NCBI GenBank assembly: GCA_963716185.1
Contig: OY970295.1
Location: 15,864 to 79,863 of the forward strand
Direction of reading: 5' to 3'
Source of the DNA: Thermodesulfovibrionales bacterium
GTDB taxonomy: Bacteria; Nitrospirota; Thermodesulfovibrionia; Thermodesulfovibrionales; SM23-35
DNA length: 64,000 bases
A program made the position numbers and the translations under genes. Shown in pieces: positions 1 to 12,271 of the stretch. The notes below the pieces were generated by a model. It saw nothing but the letters and a program-made list of their open reading frames with translations, searched no databases and was not told the DNA's origin. Each line of letters begins with the position of its first letter. Positions within the stretch are counted from its first letter, which is position 1.

Positions 1-237
1 CTTCAACGATTGGAATATCAGACGGTCTGAAGTGAAAGTCCTTTTTCATACTATTCATTGCATTGAACTAGGTAAATGAATAATTCAGAGATGCGTTTAC
101 TAAAATTATCTCAAGAAGACGGTGTATTTCAAGATACCGGTTCGTAAAGAGACTTTTAAAATTTCTCATAAAACTTCTGCCAATGAGAACTGTGTAAGTG
201 AGATTTTATATTGTGAGGGCAAATATCTTTGTAAGGT

Positions 238-390
238 TTAACAGATAGGATAGATACCTTTGCTCAGTTCCAAGCAGAATTTATTTATTCTTGAGAGTTC
301 TTTCACAAAAACTTCTTCTGCGTTCTTTGCAATCTCTCTGATTCCTCTTCCTCTTTCGAGCAGGACTTGGGCAGTTGCCATCTGCGGGCG
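238..390 (-). pseudogene. C-terminal remnant resembling archaeal-type S-adenosylmethionine synthetase
   Basis: PQMATAQVLL...KELSRINKFCLELSKGIYPIC* resembles the C-terminus of archaeal-type MAT. The rest of the gene is absent. Confidence 0.45.
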
Positions 391-681
391 ATAAAAAAGA
401 AAGAAGGATGGTTTTTCGCTTGCCTTGGTGATTCCCGGTCTTCTTCGTATTGCAGCCAAGGAGCTGGCTCTAGGTGCAAGCATTTCTTGATTCAGGGCTC
501 TTTCCTTTCTGCCAGCGGAAAATCATTAATTTTGTTATAATAAATTGTAGTCGTTTCATGATTTTATCCTATCTGAATTTTTTCTCTTGTCGAAATCAAA
601 AGGGAGTACTACCGCATATTAAGCTGTAAGGACTCTTTGTATGATACGCGTAACACTGATAAACTTATTTTAAGGAGTACG

Positions 682-2106
682 ATGAAAAAAAAAGACATTT
701 TTGAAGACATTATAGACATAGGCAAGAGGCGCGGAATGCTCACTTATGATGAGATAAATGATGCCGTTCCCTCAGAATTTTCCTCCCCTGATGAGTTAGA
801 GGAACTCAGGGACCGTTTACATGATACGGGAATTGAAGTCATAGATAATCAGAAGACTGACATTACTGAAGAAGAAATCTCAGTTTCAGAGGAAGAAGAG
901 GAAGAAACAGAGGACATTGTTCAAGCATATTTCCATTCGATGGGGAATATTTCAATACTTAAAAAGCATGAAGAAATAGAGCTTGCGAAGAGATTGGAAG
1001 AAGGAAAAGTGATAATCAAAGGAATTGTTACAGCACTTCCCTTATACAAGAAACTCGAAACGAGTATACGCGGAAAAGCCGAAGAAGCCTTGACCGGCGT
1101 AGCAGAAGAAAAAATAGATGAAGCTCTTGAAACGAGCTTGAAAGTACTTGAAAACCTTATTCTAAAAATAGGAATCGCAGATCGAAAGATTGCCGGATAT
1201 GGGACTTTAAAAGACGTGAAAAAAATAATAAAAGACAAAAAGAAACAAGGTATCAGTTCCGTAGAACTCGATGCCATTGCAAAGGAAGTTCAGAACGAGT
1301 ATAGGTGGGTCGAATCAGAGGTGGGAATCAAGGTTGACGAATTGAAATCAATATGGGATAGGATAACCAAGGCAAGAACCCTTGTTAGCGAAGCAAAAAG
1401 TGAATTAGTAACTCGTAACCTGAGATTAGTAATCAACATAGCTAAACATTATGTGGGAAGGGGTTTAACTCTGCTGGATCTGATTCAGGAAGGGAATATT
1501 GGTCTTATGAAGGCCGTAGATAAGTTCGACTATAAAAAGGGATTCAAGTTTAGCACCTATGCAACATGGTGGATAAGACAGGCAATAACAAGAGCGTTAA
1601 TTGATCAGACAAAGACTATCAGAGTTCCTGTGCATATGGTGGAATTTTATAACAAGGTTAGCAAAGCGGCCAGAGAATTGACGCAACAGCTTGGAAGAGA
1701 ACCGAGCAAAGAAGAAATTGCCAAGAGACTGGAAGTATCAACTGTAAAAGTCGAAGAAGTATTAAAGGCAATGCAGGACCCGATTGCTCTTCAAACTCCC
1801 GTAGGAGACGAGGATGCAAAACTCGAGGATTTTATTAGTGACAAAGATAGTCCCTCTCCATACTTTGATACAGAAAGAAACTATATCACCCAGCAGATAC
1901 TACGTGTTCTTGATACTCTAACTCCCAGGGAAGCGGAGGTTATAAGAATGAGATTTGGTATAGGATTTGATAAAGACTATACTCTCGAGGAAGTAGGAAG
2001 ACACCTTTCTGTTACACGTGAAAGGGTGAGGCAAATAGAGTCAAAAGCGCTGAGAAAACTTAAACATACAAATAGACGCAGAGAATTGAAGATCTTAATC
2101 GGTTAA
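682..2106 (+). CDS. rpoD: RNA polymerase sigma-70 factor, RpoD-like
   Basis: Region 1.1 (LTYDEIND), [46 protein letters not shown] and region 4 [25 protein letters not shown] precedes ATG 682. Confidence 0.92.
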   Translation: MKKKDIFEDIIDIGKRRGMLTYDEINDAVPSEFSSPDELEELRDRLHDTGIEVIDNQKTDITEEEISVSEEEEEETEDIVQAYFHSMGNISILKKHEEIELAKRLEEGKVIIKGIVTALPLYKKLETSIRGKAEEALTGVAEEKIDEALETSLKVLENLILKIGIADRKIAGYGTLKDVKKIIKDKKKQGISSVELDAIAKEVQNEYRWVESEVGIKVDELKSIWDRITKARTLVSEAKSELVTRNLRLVINIAKHYVGRGLTLLDLIQEGNIGLMKAVDKFDYKKGFKFSTYATWWIRQAITRALIDQTKTIRVPVHMVEFYNKVSKAARELTQQLGREPSKEEIAKRLEVSTVKVEEVLKAMQDPIALQTPVGDEDAKLEDFISDKDSPSPYFDTERNYITQQILRVLDTLTPREAEVIRMRFGIGFDKDYTLEEVGRHLSVTRERVRQIESKALRKLKHTNRRRELKILIG

Positions 2107-2302
2107 ATTTTTATATAAATTTAAAAAAATCAGACTCGTTCCAAATGGAAATCTTCCCCTCATGAGGAAGAATCTACAAGAAACGCTTGTTCAAAATTAA
2201 AAAAGTTTCTTGATTTCAAAGGTGGGTAGTGAGGGAGGTCTAATAGATGAAATTTTTGGCTGAACTTTTTCCCTCAATTATGTGAAATAGTTTAGACTTA
2301 AC

Positions 2303-2839
2303 TTAACTTTCCATTACTGTCACAGTACTGGCTTGCATTCCCTTTTCACCCTGTTCTTCCGCAAAACGCACCTCCATTCCGACCTTCAGGTGCCTAAAAA
2401 TATAGTTTATTACACTGTGCTCATGAAAATAGATCTCCGCGCCGTCTGACGTGGTCAGAAAGCCGTAACCCTTGTCAGGAAACAGTGCACTTATGTGCGC
2501 ACGAGGTGTTTCTTCATGGTGTTTTACATCATCTCGCTGCTTTCTGGCAAAATCCTCTAACTGACGCCGAGCTGCATCAAAGGAATCTCTTATCGCTACA
2601 TTGATATCTTTGTTGGGCTCGCGTTTTATTACCAGTTCTGCACCAGGTACTGTTATGTCAATACGCACGTTGTATAACGTTCCCTCACGGCGATGACGGT
2701 GGGGAACTTCCACCACGATCCTGCATCTCATGATTTGATCGTAATATTTATCTAAGTTCTCTGCCTTCTTGCGGATGTCTTCCCTGAAAGTGTCGGGAAG
2801 ATCAAAATTGCGGGCAGTAATTTGCAGTGGAAGTCTCAT
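2303..2839 (-). CDS. HPF/RaiA-family ribosome-associated protein with C-terminal cold-shock domain
   Basis: N-terminal S30AE-like LQITARNFD...AIRDSFDAARRQL; C-terminal GYGFL..DG.EIYFHEHSV cold-shock motifs. Confidence 0.88.
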   Translation of the reverse strand: MRLPLQITARNFDLPDTFREDIRKKAENLDKYYDQIMRCRIVVEVPHRHRREGTLYNVRIDITVPGAELVIKREPNKDINVAIRDSFDAARRQLEDFARKQRDDVKHHEETPRAHISALFPDKGYGFLTTSDGAEIYFHEHSVINYIFRHLKVGMEVRFAEEQGEKGMQASTVTVMES

Positions 2840-3085
2840 ATTATCCCTCCATCAGACAATTTCAATATTATTGCCTCCATACTAACAATCAATAAAGCTC
2901 AAGTCAACATGCAAACAAATAAAATGATTCCCTTGATGGTTGCACGTAGTAAATTCAAAATCAAGTTTTTGTAAAGAGATAAGGAAATATTCCGATCTGT
3001 TAAAACAGTTACGGTTATTCTTGTCAAAGCATCGGATGAAGAAGTTAAATGGCATTTTTTAAGAACCGCCTGAATAAGGCGGGGA

Positions 3086-3473
3086 TCAATCAAATATCTT
3101 TGTTATCTCATCCCTATCGAAAACAGGCAGTTCCAAAACCTCATCATGCTTTTTTATCTTCAGGCCACTTTCTTTTGGCAAGATTGTTCCTATCTTTGCA
3201 GCGGGGATGCCGTTATCCTTTAACGCTTCCAAAACCTTTTCGGTGTCACGAGGATTAATTGAAATAAGTAATGAACCTTGACGCTATAAGACCAAGGGGA
3301 TCCAATCCATAGTGCCTGCACAGGGTCCGGCACTCCGGGAAAACGGGGATACGTTCTTCTTCTACAATCAATCCCACATCTGCAGCGGCTGCGACCTCAG
3401 AGAGACCGGTCGCCAGTCCCCCTTCGGTTGAATCATGCATGGAGTGAACATCCCCAATCACCCTTATAACAAA
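3086..3473 (-). pseudogene. AIR-synthase/HypE-like protein, 5'-truncated and frameshifted C-terminal remnant
   Basis: MHDSTEGGLATGLSEVA...LDPLGLIAS, then a shift near 3277 into GSLLISINP...LPVFDRDEITKIFD* (TGA 3086-3088). Confidence 0.75.
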
Positions 3474-3691
3474 TCTCTCATTTCGGGAGGAACGGTGTCG
3501 CATTACTTAAAATCCGCAATGAGCTCTACCATTAATAGGCAACAGTACTGTTTCAAGTCCTTGCCTCAAAAAACTGCTATAATTTGCATAGGGGTACTGG
3601 TAATCACTACGCGAGATACTTGAACAATTCATCACATGTTTTTTTCAGCATGATCGATGGCATTGGGTTTTATGAAAGAAGGTGAAATGAA

Positions 3692-4585
3692 ATGAAGATA
3701 TTGCTTTCAATCGATGGCTCTGAGTACTCCGAATGGGCTGCGAGGTTTCTGACACGTCTTCATTGGTCCTCAGATGACAATATTACTGTTTTCCACGCTG
3801 TATATTGGATCCCTTTTCGATACGATGAAGCGTTTTATCTGGATACCCTCAAAGAAATAAAAAAGGAGATCGCATCCAGAATTCTTGAATCTACATTGGA
3901 TATTCTGAAACCCGTTCAAGCAAAGATCAGTGTTGCGATCATAGAAGGTTCACCGGAACAATGCATCATTGATGCAGCCGCAGATTCGGATATGGATATG
4001 ATTGTAATGGGTTCCAGGGGAATAAAAGGCATTGAGTCAGTCTTTATCGGAAGTGTAACGAGATCGGTCGCGGTCAACTCAGTAAAACCCCTCCTTGTTG
4101 TAAAACCGCCGATATCTGCAAAATCTGACAAGATAAAAATTCTTCTTGCAACTGATGGATCTGATTATTCCAAAGCTACTGTAGAGTTCTTATCTTCCAT
4201 TCCTTTTCCGGACAATACGGAAGTAACGATATTGAACATGATGCGGTCGAACTTCTTTGAGATTCCTGAAAGGTTTGTTATCGAAATAGATGAACGTATC
4301 AAGAAGCTCGTGGCTAATACCAGGGCTACGGAATTTACAGATTCTGAAAAGATTATCGAGCGGGCCAGACAATATTTGAGTAAAAGGTTTAAAGATACTC
4401 ACGTACTATCAAAAGTAGGAGACCCAGCGACAGGAATACTAAAGACAGCGGAGACAATGGAGGCAGATATAATAGCTGTTGGATGCAGGGGCTTGAGGGG
4501 AATTAGGGGAATGATGGGAAGTGTATCAAGAAATATCCTTGCCCATTCAAAGAGTTCCGTCTTAATAGGGAAAACATGTAAATAG
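3692..4585 (+). CDS. universal stress protein, tandem USP domains
   Basis: Two KILL(S/A)xDGSxYS ... D(M/I)IxxGxRG...GSV(T/S)R repeats. Confidence 0.93.
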   Translation: MKILLSIDGSEYSEWAARFLTRLHWSSDDNITVFHAVYWIPFRYDEAFYLDTLKEIKKEIASRILESTLDILKPVQAKISVAIIEGSPEQCIIDAAADSDMDMIVMGSRGIKGIESVFIGSVTRSVAVNSVKPLLVVKPPISAKSDKIKILLATDGSDYSKATVEFLSSIPFPDNTEVTILNMMRSNFFEIPERFVIEIDERIKKLVANTRATEFTDSEKIIERARQYLSKRFKDTHVLSKVGDPATGILKTAETMEADIIAVGCRGLRGIRGMMGSVSRNILAHSKSSVLIGKTCK

Positions 4586-4622
4586 TAAAGCATTAAAACC
4601 GTCAAACAATAAGGAGGTGCTT

Positions 4623-4790
4623 ATGCCCGCCTATGAGTATGTGTGCAAAGGCTGTAGCAAAGAATTCGCTGTCTTCCTGTCAATAAAGGAATTTGAAGCT
4701 AAACCCAAAATAAAATGCCCTTATTGTGAGAGTGATAATGTTCAAAAGAGACTTTCAAGTTTTTCTGTGAAAACGAGTAAAAAATCATAA
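4623..4790 (+). CDS. FmdB-family zinc-ribbon protein (55 aa, below the ORF-track cutoff)
   Basis: MPAYEYVCKGC...KCPYCES..VQKRLSSF; RBS AAGGAGG upstream. Confidence 0.88.
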   Translation: MPAYEYVCKGCSKEFAVFLSIKEFEAKPKIKCPYCESDNVQKRLSSFSVKTSKKS

Positions 4791-4865
4791 GCCATTAACC
4801 TAAGCTATTAGTGAAGGTGCGTGCACTAAAATAATCGGAATCGGTGAACAGGAAGGGAGGAGTGA

Positions 4866-5222
4866 ATGAAAGAGATGAGACTTCTGTTGCATGTCAGTGA
4901 CAATGACCGCTGGAGCATGGCGCTGGGAAATGCGATAAATTTCATAAAAGATGTAGGTGAGGAATATGCTGATGTTGTGATTGTAGCAAATGGCGCTGCT
5001 GCAGCCTCTTACGCCTATTCAGATAAGATCGAAACTATGGAGGTGCTTGCGGACAAGGGGGTACAGTTCAAAGCCTGCAGGAATTCTCTGAAAAAACTCT
5101 GTGCTGAAGGATCAGTCTGTATCAATGAGGACGCGCTTCCTTCTTTTGTCAAAGTGGTTACCGCTGGCATTAGCGAGATTGTTCGCAAACAGAGAGAGGG
5201 ATACGCCTACGTAAAACCTTGA
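4866..5222 (+). CDS. DsrE-family protein
   Basis: IVANGAA, GVQFKACRNSL, AGISEIVRKQREGYAYVKP. Confidence 0.85.
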   Translation: MKEMRLLLHVSDNDRWSMALGNAINFIKDVGEEYADVVIVANGAAAASYAYSDKIETMEVLADKGVQFKACRNSLKKLCAEGSVCINEDALPSFVKVVTAGISEIVRKQREGYAYVKP

Positions 5223-5270
5223 TGAAGTGAGCCCACCGAACCGGATGCCTGGATTGGACAAGGGAAAGCG

Positions 5271-5795
5271 ATGGAAAGAATCATCATTACGCCTATCGGA
5301 AAGGTTGATCCTGGGTTTCTCAGGACTGTTTCTTCTGCCGTTAGAAACAAATTTCATATAAAAGCCGAAGTAGGTCGAAAGGTGTCAGTCCCCCTGGCTT
5401 CCTATAATGCACTGAGAGAACAGTATAATGCCACTGCTGTTCTTAAAGAGATGATCGCTTACAAACAAGGAAACGGCGAGATTCTGTTCGGTATCATAGA
5501 TGCTGATCTTTATGCCTCAAGGCTCAATTACGTCTTCGGAGAGGCTGATCCGCATGCGGGAGTCGCCGTTATTTCTCTCTGGAGACTCAGACAGGAGTTT
5601 TACGGGCTCCCTCGCGACGAGGAGTTGCTGAAAGAGCGGGCAGTTAAGGAGACAATTCACGAACTTGGACATGTTTATGGCCTTGACCATTGTTCTTATC
5701 CCAAATGCATAATGTACTTCTCTAACAGCATCAGTGATACGGATAGAAAGAGAGCGGAATTTTGCGATATCTGCAAAAACACGCTTGGAATTTGA
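5271..5795 (+). CDS. archaemetzincin-family Zn metalloprotease (M54)
   Basis: HELGHVYGLDHCSYPKCIMYFS...FCDIC motif; DLY...LNYVFGEA. Confidence 0.92.
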   Translation: MERIIITPIGKVDPGFLRTVSSAVRNKFHIKAEVGRKVSVPLASYNALREQYNATAVLKEMIAYKQGNGEILFGIIDADLYASRLNYVFGEADPHAGVAVISLWRLRQEFYGLPRDEELLKERAVKETIHELGHVYGLDHCSYPKCIMYFSNSISDTDRKRAEFCDICKNTLGI

Positions 5796-6004
5796 AACTG
5801 AAATTTGTTAGATGAACGTTATGGTAATTGTTATACAATTAGAACAAGGAGACTCTTTCGCAAGGCATGCAGAGATTGAAATCGATTAAAGGGAAACATG
5901 CAGTGGACGATGCTTGAAAAGATGACTTGGAAGAAATTAATGTCAAAAAAGATATTCTCGTTTACAAAGTCAAAAAGGGATTGAAAGTTTAAGCAAACCG
6001 AACC

Positions 6005-6616
6005 ATGCGGGAATACGAGCAGGTAATAATAAAACTGAAAGAGCCAAAATATGGCGGCAGCATGTCGGTCGAAGAGGCCTTGCTTAAGAGAAGGTCCGTC
6101 AGGGATTTTAAAGACAAGACTGTAACACTGTCCGAAATCTCACAGTTGATGTGGGCCGCTCAGGGCAGTACAGATCAGCGAGGTTTCAGGACGGCGCCTT
6201 CTGCGGGGGCACTTTACCTGCTCGAACTCTATGTCGTAGCCGGAAACGTAACTGGTCTTCCTGCCGGAATTTATAAGTACAGATCCAAAAGCCATGAATT
6301 GCTAAGTATCGCAAAAGGCGACAGGAGGATCGACTTGGGCAATGCCGCACTCGGCCAGTCTTCTATCAGAAGGGCTGCCCCAGTTATGGTATTGTCAGGG
6401 GGATATGAAAGGATGACCACAAAATATGGAGAGAGGGGCATTAGATATGTTCATATGGAAGCCGGTCATGCCGCCCAGAACGTCTGTCTTCAGACAGTCT
6501 CTGTGGGCCTCGCAACAGTGGTTATCGGGGCTTTCCGGGATGAAGAAGTAAAAAGTCTTTTAAAGATGGCGTCAGGAGAAAAGCCTCTTTATATAATACC
6601 GGTAGGGAGGAGATAA
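6005..6616 (+). CDS. SagB/ThcOx-type nitroreductase-family protein
   Basis: RRSVRDF, RTAPSAGALY, EAGHAAQN, VIGAF. Confidence 0.9.
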   Translation: MREYEQVIIKLKEPKYGGSMSVEEALLKRRSVRDFKDKTVTLSEISQLMWAAQGSTDQRGFRTAPSAGALYLLELYVVAGNVTGLPAGIYKYRSKSHELLSIAKGDRRIDLGNAALGQSSIRRAAPVMVLSGGYERMTTKYGERGIRYVHMEAGHAAQNVCLQTVSVGLATVVIGAFRDEEVKSLLKMASGEKPLYIIPVGRR

Positions 6617-7136
6617 TATATGATGATTACCATCGACAAAAATATCGTAATCATCATTTCTACAAGAATTCATGAGTTTATAGCTTGAAAGAGGCTAAAA
6701 AATGAAGAGACCTCCTAAATCCCCGATGGCATTCAGGGAGATCCGACTGCATAGATTTTCTATATATGTAAATGGACATTCCCTATCCTCACGTTCGTTA
6801 GCCCAGCTTCGTTAGCCCTGGAAAATGCCGTTGATTACAGGTCTATGTGAAAAAAAGTCTTTACCAGTCAAGATTCGCTGTTTAAGTAGATCCGGTGGGA
6901 ATAGGATAAAAATATACCGGCGTAGTGATGGAAGATGTCTTATAAAGGCGGCTCAAGTCAAAGCTTTTTTAGATATGCTTTCCCACTATTTTTGTAATTA
7001 TATTTTTTAGGTTAAAGCAGAAAGTTCGCTCTGATTTTTGCCATCTAGCCCGACATTTTGCCGCAACACTGTGAATGTTTCCAAAATCCTCGCTTTTCAG
7101 TGTGGGCGTTATCAGCAGAATCTCTTGCCTTTCCTG

Positions 7137-8183
7137 TCAGAAATATTTCTTCAGTCGCGCGGCCAGATCTTCCGGTGGCGTTATGATAAGTTCAGTCTGA
7201 AGCAGCTTCTGCAAGAAATAGTCGTCATTCCGGTAGTTGGGATAAAGGTTCTGTCTGCTAATGATTTTGACCAGGCAGCGAAAGACATCCGAATAGAGAG
7301 CTCCCCTGACCGAATAGATGGCATAGTTGAAACTCAGGTGGCCGAGGGTCTCATAAAAGGCGAGTACTCTTGAAATACCATGAGAGAGGTCTTTTAGGTC
7401 AGACAAAGTAAGGTCTCCAAAATCGGCCTCTGCTTCATGGATTGCCATGAACTCATTATTACCCATCGGAGAAAAAGGTGTAAACCAGTGCCACCGTCCC
7501 TTCCGAACGACATATCTCGGACCGTTTTTCTCCTCTTGAACCAAATCGATGAAATAGGGTGAGCCGTTTTCACGGTAGTAGACATTACAAGCGTCAAGGA
7601 GTCTCCCATGATACGAATAGGGAACAGACGTTATGACCATCTGGAGGTGGGGGTGCACGAGACTCGCGCCCGCCGGAAAGAGATAATTTGCTGTTACGGC
7701 GGTAAAGACAGCTGAGGCGTCTCTTTCATAACAGATTTTCAGGAACTTCTGTGCCGCGTTGATTCCGTCTGCCATCAGGTCTGGATGAAACTCGGAAAGC
7801 TTGAGGAAATGGGCTTGGCACAGACGTATAACAGGATGGTATGTGCCGAGGGAAAAAAGATTCGGGAAGAGGACTGCCTCTCCGACCCTCAACCGCCCTT
7901 CGGCGAGGAAATCCGACGTGAAGCGTGGTGTATCTTTTTCCACTTTTTCTCCGCAAAAGAAACAGGTCTTTTCACTCTCCTCAACTAACCGTCTTAGCAA
8001 ATCCGGGTCACATTCTCCGAAAAATGCCTTCGCCTTGTCCTTGAGATAGGCGTTATAGACGCTCACATCACCGAAGAGCGGGTCCTTGCGGATTTCAAGC
8101 CTATGGAGGTCTTCTGCAAAATCCCTCAGTGGGTTATGGAATCTCACCTCTGATTCAACGCTCTCAAATATAATTTTACCCAT
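7137..8183 (-). CDS. galactose-1-phosphate uridylyltransferase-like (GalT/HIT) protein
   Basis: RKDPL, CFFC, FPNLF and GASLVHPHLQ (HxHxQ). Confidence 0.85.
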   Translation of the reverse strand: MGKIIFESVESEVRFHNPLRDFAEDLHRLEIRKDPLFGDVSVYNAYLKDKAKAFFGECDPDLLRRLVEESEKTCFFCGEKVEKDTPRFTSDFLAEGRLRVGEAVLFPNLFSLGTYHPVIRLCQAHFLKLSEFHPDLMADGINAAQKFLKICYERDASAVFTAVTANYLFPAGASLVHPHLQMVITSVPYSYHGRLLDACNVYYRENGSPYFIDLVQEEKNGPRYVVRKGRWHWFTPFSPMGNNEFMAIHEAEADFGDLTLSDLKDLSHGISRVLAFYETLGHLSFNYAIYSVRGALYSDVFRCLVKIISRQNLYPNYRNDDYFLQKLLQTELIITPPEDLAARLKKYF

Positions 8184-9881
8184 AACTTCCTCTTCATGTT
8201 GATCTTGTGAATACCATATAGAGAATATTATCCCATATTAGACGTTTTCAGAAAAGAAACGGTATATGCCTTGTACCTACGGGCTCACACTTCGCAACTG
8301 TCAAGATTTTCTGTTACAATTGCTTATAAACTTGCTATTTTAATGAAAAGCGATATAAAAACCCCAGTGACAATATGAAATCATCATTACGCATTCTTCA
8401 TCTCGAAGACGAGAAGAATGATGTTGAACTTGTTCAGGCTGTACTTGAAGAGGAAGGCTTTAATTGTCATGTGACTCATGTTGAAACGCGGTCTGATTTC
8501 ATTGCGGCGCTTGAAAGAGACGTATTCGACATAATCCTTGCAGATTACAAGCTTCCTTCTTTTGACGGACTTTCAGCGCTGGCCATAGCCCTCAAAAAGG
8601 ATCCTCTGGTGCCTTTCGTCTTTGTGTCGGGTGTAATGGGTGAAGACCTGGCAATTGAATCACTCAAGAACGGGGCGACGGATTACGTCCTTAAACAGCG
8701 TCTATCGAGACTCGTTCCCGCAGTAAAAAGGGCTTTGACGGAATCCGAAGAACGTAATGAACTCAAGAAGGCAGAAGAAGAATTAAGAAATTACCAAGAA
8801 AATCTCGAGGAACTTATAGAGGAACGTACCGCTAAATTGGAGGAAGCAAACAAACTGCTGCAAAGGAAGGAACAAGAAATCCGTCTCATCGCCGATAACG
8901 TCCCGGCCTTCCTTGCCTATGTAGATAAAGACGGGATCTATCGTTTTGTCAACAGAAGCTACGAAGAACGATATGGTATTTTACGCCAGGAGATTATAGG
9001 AAGGCATCTAAGATCAGTCGTCGGCGAACATTTTTATGAGTCGATAAAGGGGGAAGTTGATGCCGCATTGTCGGGTGAAAGGGTGGCCTATGAGAAATCC
9101 ATTGAGTTCCGACCGGGCGAGACCCGCTGGGTTTCCATCAATTATGTACCCGATGCCGACGAAGCCGGAAATATTAGAGGTTTCTATACATTGGGCATTG
9201 ACATCACCGAACGCATGCGGGCGGAGGAGGCGCTCCGGGAAAGCGAACTGCGGTACCGCGAAGTGTTTGACAACACCTCGGAGTGCATCTTCCTTCTTGA
9301 TGTCACGAATGACGGCCGTTTTAAGTTCGCAGGGTTTAATCCGGCCGAAGAGAAGTCGGTGGGATTTTCGAACGCTGAAGTCTCAGACAAGTTCGTTGAA
9401 GAAATAGTTCCTGAGGAGGTGTCCAGAGATATCATAGCAAAATATCGGCAGTGCATAGAGGCTGGAACTATAATCGAATACGATGAGGTAATCAATCTCC
9501 CGGTCGGACGACGAGATTTTCACACGATTCTTATACCTGTGCACAACGGCGCTGGCCGCATTTACCGGATCGTCGGTATGGCGCATGACATTACTGATCG
9601 AAAGCGGGCAGAGCAGGAATTGAAGCATCTGACGGATGAACTGGCTCGTTCCAATGCAGATTTGCAGGAGTTCGCCTACGTGGCGTCTCATGATCTTCAA
9701 GAACCTTTGCGCGTAATAGCCGGTTTTATAAAACTATTAGGAAAGCGTTACAAAGGCAAACTCGATGAAAAGGCTGACGAGTTTATTGATCTCACTACTG
9801 ATGGGGTTAAAAGAATGCAGGAGATGATCAAGGATCTATTGGAATATTCAAAGGTAGGAATGAAGGGGATAAATTTAAAAC

Positions 9882-11353
9882 CAGGAGTTCCCCCAGAATT
9901 ACCTGTTCAGAGGACGTAACTATCTGAGGCAACTGTAAAAAATTATTTTCTGAAGTGGTCGGAGTTCGTTTTGGAAAAAATGGGGGAACTTTTTGTAAGC
10001 AGCAGAGGTAAAGAAGACCTCCTGTGGTATATCTTAGAAGTGCTTAGCAACTAAGGATATATCAGAAGGAGGTTACATGGATTATAGCAGAATGGCGAGG
10101 AAGTTGAGGGAGAAGATAGCGAGATTTTCGGGGGAACTTTCAAAAGGGCTGCCCAAAACAGCGGCTCGTTTTGTGCAAGAGATGGTTTATGGGATACAAG
10201 CGAGTCAGTCGGTGGTATTGACGAAGGTAGGCCGGACGTTAGAGGAACCGATCTCGATCAAGAAGGTAGAGGAGAGGTTATCTCGGCAACTGTTACGGAA
10301 AGGCTTGGGTGCAAAAGTTCAGAAAAAGCTTCTTACTATGGGAGCGGCCCTAGTGGGAAAAGACACCTTACTCATTCTGGACCCAAGCGACATACGGAAG
10401 AAATATGCGAAGAAGATGCAGTATTTGGCGACGGTGCATGACGGCAGCGAGCATGAGCTGGGCAATGGCTATTGGACGTGTAATGTTGTGGCCGCGGAGG
10501 TGGGGGACAGCAAGATAGTGCCGCTGGTGGCCCGTTTGTATTCGGCGGATGCTCCTGAGTTTGTCAGTGAGAATCACGAGATATCAACGGTCATGGATAT
10601 GGTTGCCGGGTCCGTAAAGAAGCGAGGGATATGGGTGATTGATCGCGGCGGGGACCGGAAGAATCTTATTCAGCCGATGCTGCAAAGAGGATACCGATTT
10701 TTAATACGACTGATCGGTAATCGTGATCTGATATGGTCAAACAAAGCAATGCTGGTTGAAGAGATTGTAAAGGACACCCCATTGCCGTATGCCGAGACAG
10801 TAGTGAAGATGGATGATGGTAAGGAGAAGGTATATCATCTTGAGTTTGGGTATCGTAGTGTGCGGTTCCCCGGCAGGGAAGAGACCCTGGGCCTGCTGGT
10901 AGTGCGAGGGTTTGGAGTTGAGCCGATGATGCTGTTAACGACGGAGCCTCTGAGAAGAAGCAGAAGAGTGTTGTGGCGGCTGGTGCGGGCATATCTCCGG
11001 AGATGGGCGATTGAGGAGACCCTTCGCTACGTAAAGCAGAGTTATGAGTTGGAGGACGTGCGCGTGTTGAACTATCGGAGTCTTCAGAACATAATGCCGC
11101 TGGTGTGCGCAGCGGCCTATTTTGCTGCGGTTTTGCTTGACCCTGAGTCGAAACTGAAAGTGATCGCCAGCTATGTGTTGAAGGCGGCAAAGCGCTTGTT
11201 TGGGATTCCAGACTTTCACTATTACAGCATTGCCGACGGTCTAACGAGTATTTTCATGCGTCATCCGGGCCGGATCATGAGACCGCTGCCGCAAGTCGCA
11301 GCACAGAGATCGCTATTCCCCTCAAGCGCTTAAAAATTTTGGGGGAACTCCTG
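9882..11353 (+). mobile_element. IS4-family insertion sequence
   Basis: 19-bp TIRs CAGGAGTTCCCCCA(G/A)AATT; 12-bp TSD TAAATTTAAAAC at 9870-9881 and 11354-11365. Confidence 0.95.
10077..11333 (+). CDS. IS4-family DDE transposase
   Basis: LILDPSD, VIDRGGD and [15 protein letters not shown] (YREK motif). Confidence 0.93.
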   Translation: MDYSRMARKLREKIARFSGELSKGLPKTAARFVQEMVYGIQASQSVVLTKVGRTLEEPISIKKVEERLSRQLLRKGLGAKVQKKLLTMGAALVGKDTLLILDPSDIRKKYAKKMQYLATVHDGSEHELGNGYWTCNVVAAEVGDSKIVPLVARLYSADAPEFVSENHEISTVMDMVAGSVKKRGIWVIDRGGDRKNLIQPMLQRGYRFLIRLIGNRDLIWSNKAMLVEEIVKDTPLPYAETVVKMDDGKEKVYHLEFGYRSVRFPGREETLGLLVVRGFGVEPMMLLTTEPLRRSRRVLWRLVRAYLRRWAIEETLRYVKQSYELEDVRVLNYRSLQNIMPLVCAAAYFAAVLLDPESKLKVIASYVLKAAKRLFGIPDFHYYSIADGLTSIFMRHPGRIMRPLPQVAAQRSLFPSSA

Positions 11354-12271
11354 TAAATTTAAAACCTATTGATTTTTCTCTTACCTTGGATACGGCTGTC
11401 TTAAATCTAAAGACAGCAATTGAAGAAAGCGGTGCAATAGTCACACATGATGAGCTTCCGACTGTGGTGGCCGATACTGCACAAATCAGCAGATTATTCC
11501 AGAACCTTGTAGGTAATGCGATTAAGTTCCGCGGTAAGGAGTCGCCAAAGGTCCATATTTCGGCTGAACGAAAGGATAATGAGTGGATATTTTCAGTCAG
11601 TGATAACGGTATCGGAATAGAGCGTAAGGCTGCAGAAAGGATATTTGTTGTTTTTCAGCGCTTGCATAGAAGAGAAGCGTATCCGGGTACCGGCATAGGG
11701 CTTGCGATCTGTAAGAAAATCGTTGAACGCCACGGAGGCCGGATATGGGTGGAGTCGGAACCTGGAAGGGGCTCAACGTTTCATTTCGCTATTCCCAATA
11801 GCGTATAACTTTTTATATCCACGCAGAAACATCTTTGCATAATACCCAATATTCAACATCTCGGAAGCTTTCTGCATCTGAATCTTTGTAACGAAAAATC
11901 ACGTATCCGATCTGCCACTGCCATGTTTGTTATGGAGGGAAGGTCGCACCATAGTAGAATTAGCTTCTGTGCGCATTAGATGAAGAATGGAACAAAATTT
12001 TAGAACACCTGAAAACGTTTCTTCTTCGTGACACTGAGAAAAATGTTTCTTATGGGACTAATGTACCTCTGCAACTTACACCATGAAAGAGAGAGGCATT
12101 TCTGCCACAAACACTTACAAGTCTTTAGTTAAAAGTATGGCAAAGAATTAAGGATTAGTGAAATATTTATGTCGCCGGGTTAACAAAAGTCGCCGAGTTG
12201 GTGCGAATATCAGATAGGGTGATTATATACTTGACACAAGGTTTAATTTTATGATAAGGTATAATCATGAA

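Larger units (their letters stand above)
8375..11808 (+). pseudogene. REC-PAS-PAS sensor histidine kinase interrupted by IS4
   Basis: REC and two PAS domains, H-box [14 protein letters not shown] in the 5' part, N/G boxes in 11386-11808. Removing 9882-11353 plus one TSD restores the frame ([17 protein letters not shown]). Confidence 0.92.
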
